A stretch of DNA of 64,000 nucleotides. It comes from Pseudomonadota bacterium (GTDB taxonomy: Bacteria > Desulfobacterota > Desulfobacteria > Desulfobacterales > JBDRRP01). Below the pieces are notes generated by a model. It worked only from the letters and a program-made list of their open reading frames with translations. It had not been told where the DNA came from and ran no database searches. The position numbers were made by a program, and so were the translations under genes. The stretch lies in the NCBI GenBank assembly GCA_043825735.1, contig JBDRRP010000055.1, positions 1 to 64,000 on the forward strand, written 5' to 3'. How positions within the stretch are numbered: the stretch's first letter is position 1; every line of letters begins with the position of its first letter. Below are positions 61,191-64,000 of this stretch, in pieces.

Positions 61191-62465
61191 TCATGGGCCC
61201 TGCACCCGCTGGAGGCCGTGGCGCTTCATTCGGGCGATGAGCGTTGTGGGGTTGATGCCGAGGGCTTGCGCAGCGCCGCCTTTTCCATAGATTTTCCAGC
61301 CGCACGATTCCAGGGCGGCGATCATGTTTCGGCGCACGAAATCCACTACTTGGGTTTCATTGAGCACCGCATGGGCGATGGCATCCGCTGGGATCACCGG
61401 GGGGCGGCGTCCGGCAGCCCCGTCTTCCGAAGCGCCGACCGTATCAAAGCGCAACCGACCTGAGTCGCTGAGGATCACCGCCCGTTCAACGGCGTTTTGA
61501 AGCTCGCGCACGTTACCCGGCCAGTCGTAGGCCGTGAGATCAGCGACATTGGCCCGACTGAGTGCGTATTTGGGACGGTTCATCCGATTGGCGACCTGCT
61601 GAAGAAAATGATGGGCCAGCAGTACGATGTCGCCTTTGCGCTCCCGCAACGGCGGAACGGTAATGGGGAATACGTTGAGCCGGTAAAACAGGTCTTCGCG
61701 GAAATGCTTCCTGTCGACCTTTTCCTTGAGATGTTGATTGGTGGCCGCGATCACCCGGACATCGACCTTTCTCAGACGCTCTTCCCCGATCCGCTCATAT
61801 TCGCCTTCCTGAAGGACACGCAGCAGCTTGCCCTGAAGTTCCAGCGGGATCTCCCCGACTTCGTCCAGAAACAAAGTGCCGCCGTCGGCGGCCTCGAAAC
61901 GGCCGGCCCGGTCCCTGATGGCCCCGGTGAAAGCCCCCTTGACGTGTCCGAAAAACTCGCTTTCATACAGATCTTTGGGAATAGTGGCGCAATTGACCTT
62001 GATCATGGGGCGTTCGTTTCGGCGGCTGCGCCGATGGATCTCCCGCGCCACCAGTTCCTTGCCGGTCCCGGATTCTCCCAAAATCAGCACGCTGGCGTCG
62101 GTCGGCGCCACCAGCTCGATCTGCTGGATCACGGTCTTCAGCACGGGCGCCTCCCCGATGATGTCCCCGCAGGCGTGCAGCCCCTCGAGTTCCTCCCGAA
62201 GAAAGACGTTTTCCGCCTGAAGCCGGTCCTTGAGCACCTTCAACTCTGCAGTGCGCAGGGCCACCGTGCTTTCGAGCGCATCATTGGCGGCGCGTATTTT
62301 CTCTTCGCTTTTCTTGAGCTCGGCGACGTGAATGCTGCAGTCCAGTTTGAGCGCGTCTGCGGTTTCACGCAGCACGCGCTCCGAAGCTTCCAGTTCGGCC
62401 ACCCGTCTGCGCAGCGCTTCTGTCTCCTGAAACTGTTGTTTGCCGGTCTTTTTGGCTCGAGCCAT
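61191..62465 (-). CDS. sigma54-dependent enhancer-binding protein (FhlA/NtrC-type AAA+ and Fis HTH)
   Basis: [64 protein letters not shown]. Confidence 0.95.
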   Translation of the reverse strand: MARAKKTGKQQFQETEALRRRVAELEASERVLRETADALKLDCSIHVAELKKSEEKIRAANDALESTVALRTAELKVLKDRLQAENVFLREELEGLHACGDIIGEAPVLKTVIQQIELVAPTDASVLILGESGTGKELVAREIHRRSRRNERPMIKVNCATIPKDLYESEFFGHVKGAFTGAIRDRAGRFEAADGGTLFLDEVGEIPLELQGKLLRVLQEGEYERIGEERLRKVDVRVIAATNQHLKEKVDRKHFREDLFYRLNVFPITVPPLRERKGDIVLLAHHFLQQVANRMNRPKYALSRANVADLTAYDWPGNVRELQNAVERAVILSDSGRLRFDTVGASEDGAAGRRPPVIPADAIAHAVLNETQVVDFVRRNMIAALESCGWKIYGKGGAAQALGINPTTLIARMKRHGLQRVQGP

Positions 62466-62651
62466 GTCGTCATTTCCGATAACAGGGGGACCTGCTTATG
62501 TACAGTTCTCAAGTTGACTTTACCTGCGGCACTGCGTGGTGATCAAAAACATCAGGGGCTGCGAGTCACCGGCACGGTAATTGTGTTCTGTGCATAACCA
62601 GATAGGGAAAAACGCCGTTGCCTGTCGATAAGCATTATTTTGGAGTTTCTC

Positions 62652-62682
62652 AACAAAATCTTGATCGCATCAAAATTTTGAT
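62652..62682. promoter_or_regulatory. Tandem palindromes, candidate upstream activator sites
   Basis: AACAAAATCTTGAT (62652-65) and perfect ATCAAAATTTTGAT (62669-82). Confidence 0.6.
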
Positions 62683-62748
62683 TAATTCCGGTGGCGCCCC
62701 AAATGGCTCAATGCCGCGAATGCCGGGGCATCGCGCATCGGCCTGAAT

Positions 62749-62765
62749 TCGGCACGGTAATTGAA
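62749..62765 (+). promoter_or_regulatory. Candidate sigma54 promoter for the small-peptide unit
   Basis: TCGGCACG-GTAA-TTGAA: correct GG-N10 spacing with non-consensus A at -12. Confidence 0.6.
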
Positions 62766-62998
62766 AAGGATATAAGCGATGCGACCCCTCTCAGACAGAC
62801 GGCCCTTCCCGGAGCCAGTCGGCGCCACGCAGCGGCATACTCATGGTGGTGCTTCATTCAGCGGATCGGGCCGCCACCGGGAGCGTTCTTGACCTTTTCG
62901 GCGTAAAAGCGCACAGGCTGCGGTCGCCGGTAAGGCGATCGCCGTGAACTGAGCAGGGCGTTGCGCATGAATTCAATGATCAACCATGGAGGAGCGCC

Positions 62999-63151
62999 AT
63001 GAGCAATGATAATGATGAATCCAAAAAAGATGTCAGCGAAGAATCCGACAACCGTCAAGATGGCGACAGGGCCTGTTGCTTTGTGGTCGATCCCTGCGGC
63101 TGCTATGTGGATCCGTGCGGTTGCATGACGAGATATTCCTGTTGCTGTTAG
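62999..63151 (+). CDS. 50-aa Cys-rich peptide (not in the ORF track)
   Basis: GGAGGAG RBS; MSNDNDESKKDVSEESDNRQDGDRACCFVVDPCGCYVDPCGCMTRYSCCC-TAG. Confidence 0.8.
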   Translation: MSNDNDESKKDVSEESDNRQDGDRACCFVVDPCGCYVDPCGCMTRYSCCC

Positions 63152-63184
63152 ACAACAGGCCTGCGACAGAAAGGAGTTTCAGCC

Positions 63185-63376
63185 ATGAAGGACATTCTCA
63201 AACGCGACATTACCGGTGAATGTGTCGGCGAGTGCAAGGACACCGTAAACGAGGGTTACCGGAACCGACAGTCCGCTATCAATGCCGAAGGCGGCGACTG
63301 GCCGGACACGTTCCCCAGGGTGTCCAGTGCAAGCGCCCGTAACGCGCCGCCCGGGTTTCTCGGGGGACACGTCTAA
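63185..63376 (+). CDS. 63-aa hypothetical peptide
   Basis: AAAGGAG RBS; 33 nt after the Cys-rich ORF; followed by a terminator. Confidence 0.7.
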   Translation: MKDILKRDITGECVGECKDTVNEGYRNRQSAINAEGGDWPDTFPRVSSASARNAPPGFLGGHV

Positions 63377-63409
63377 GCGGTGACGCAGCAGCAACCGTGC
63401 AGACGGGTC

Positions 63410-63442
63410 GGACGCCTGCCGGCGCCCGGCGGGCGTCCTTTT
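63410..63442 (+). terminator. Intrinsic terminator closing the peptide unit
   Basis: GGACGCCTGCCGG-CGC-CCGGCGGGCGTCC-TTTT. Confidence 0.75.
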
Positions 63443-63524
63443 ATGGCAACGCCGAGAGGCTTGCCGAATCCGGCCTGCAGCGCAAACGCCTGAGGGTTGA
63501 GGCGATACAGCTGCCGGATGGTGC

Positions 63525-64000
63525 TCAGGCCGGGGACTCACCAGGCAGGATCACACCCTGCCCCGTGCGGCCGTTGATCTTTATGACCAGCGGCGCGTCG
63601 AGCCGGATGTGACGGATGTACTGCGATTCGGCAGCGGCCGGGTGGGCGTCGAGCCATTGATAGTCGAAACATCCGTCGGCGCCTTCGGTAATGGTAATGT
63701 AGGGGATTCCCAGGGCGGTGATGTTCTGGAAAAAATGCGAGCCCTGGGACGGATCGGCATGAAGCAGTTGGTTTCGGATCTCGACGATGGCGCCGACAGC
63801 CGAGATCTGGTGCCACTGCACCGGAATCCCCAGCCAGCGATCCGCCGAGCCCCAGCGGCCTGGCCCCACCAACAGGTAGGGCCGGTGCTGGGCGGATAAG
63901 TCGGCATTGATGCGGCCCACGGCCTCGGCCATCTGGGCGGTGGCGGCGGCCTCGAAGGTATCGGGCCGCACATACACCACGTCCCGGATGGTTTCCAGGC
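63525..64000 (-). CDS. C-terminus of a PEP synthase/pyruvate-phosphate dikinase-related protein (partial)
   Basis: YLLVGPGRWGSADRWLGIPVQW, DPSQGSHFFQNIT; frame open to the window edge. Confidence 0.75.
   Translation of the reverse strand, partial: LETIRDVVYVRPDTFEAAATAQMAEAVGRINADLSAQHRPYLLVGPGRWGSADRWLGIPVQWHQISAVGAIVEIRNQLLHADPSQGSHFFQNITALGIPYITITEGADGCFDYQWLDAHPAAAESQYIRHIRLDAPLVIKINGRTGQGVILPGESPA

Noticed and set aside
62779..62892. 37-codon ORF (MRPLSDRR...) ahead of the Cys-rich peptide
   Set aside because: Starts almost at the predicted start site and has no distinctive composition; insufficient support

Overview
GC-rich chromosomal segment, probably from a sulfate-reducing Desulfobacterota (inferred from the tetraheme cytochrome c3, HdrA/MvhD/HdrD-type proteins, apparent selenocysteine use and sigma54 promoters). 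It holds tRNA-Arg(TCT), a GGDEF-MinD/FlhG-GGDEF cluster, mnmA/mtaB, a polar amino-acid ABC permease/binding-protein set, a LiuR-like regulator, uvrA, djlA, xth, an Hdr-like redox cluster, an SPFH/zinc-ribbon pair, leuB, exonuclease I, a Ni/Co ECF transporter operon, a near-complete MSHA-like type IV pilus locus and several pseudogene remnants. Five observations stand out. (1) A sigma54 activator lies divergent from a compact unit with its own promoter, palindromic candidate enhancer sites and terminator; the unit encodes a 50-aa Cys-rich peptide absent from the ORF track (acidic N-half, then CCFVVDPCGCYVDPCGCMTRYSCCC) and a 63-aa peptide. (2) The HdrD-like gene is split only by an in-frame TGA at an E-C-G-H position followed by a SECIS-like hairpin, so it is probably a selenoprotein. 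(3) The Ni/Co transporter leader has a terminator with an alternative pairing and no recognisable cobalamin riboswitch. (4) Intergenic DNA carries many dispersed, nested hairpin elements built from 6-9-nt tandem units plus two MITE-like terminal-repeat families, with no transposase in the window. (5) The pilus locus has MshEN and PilZ c-di-GMP receptors and duplicated Ig-like/LamG pilins. All calls come from motif reading; no searches were run.
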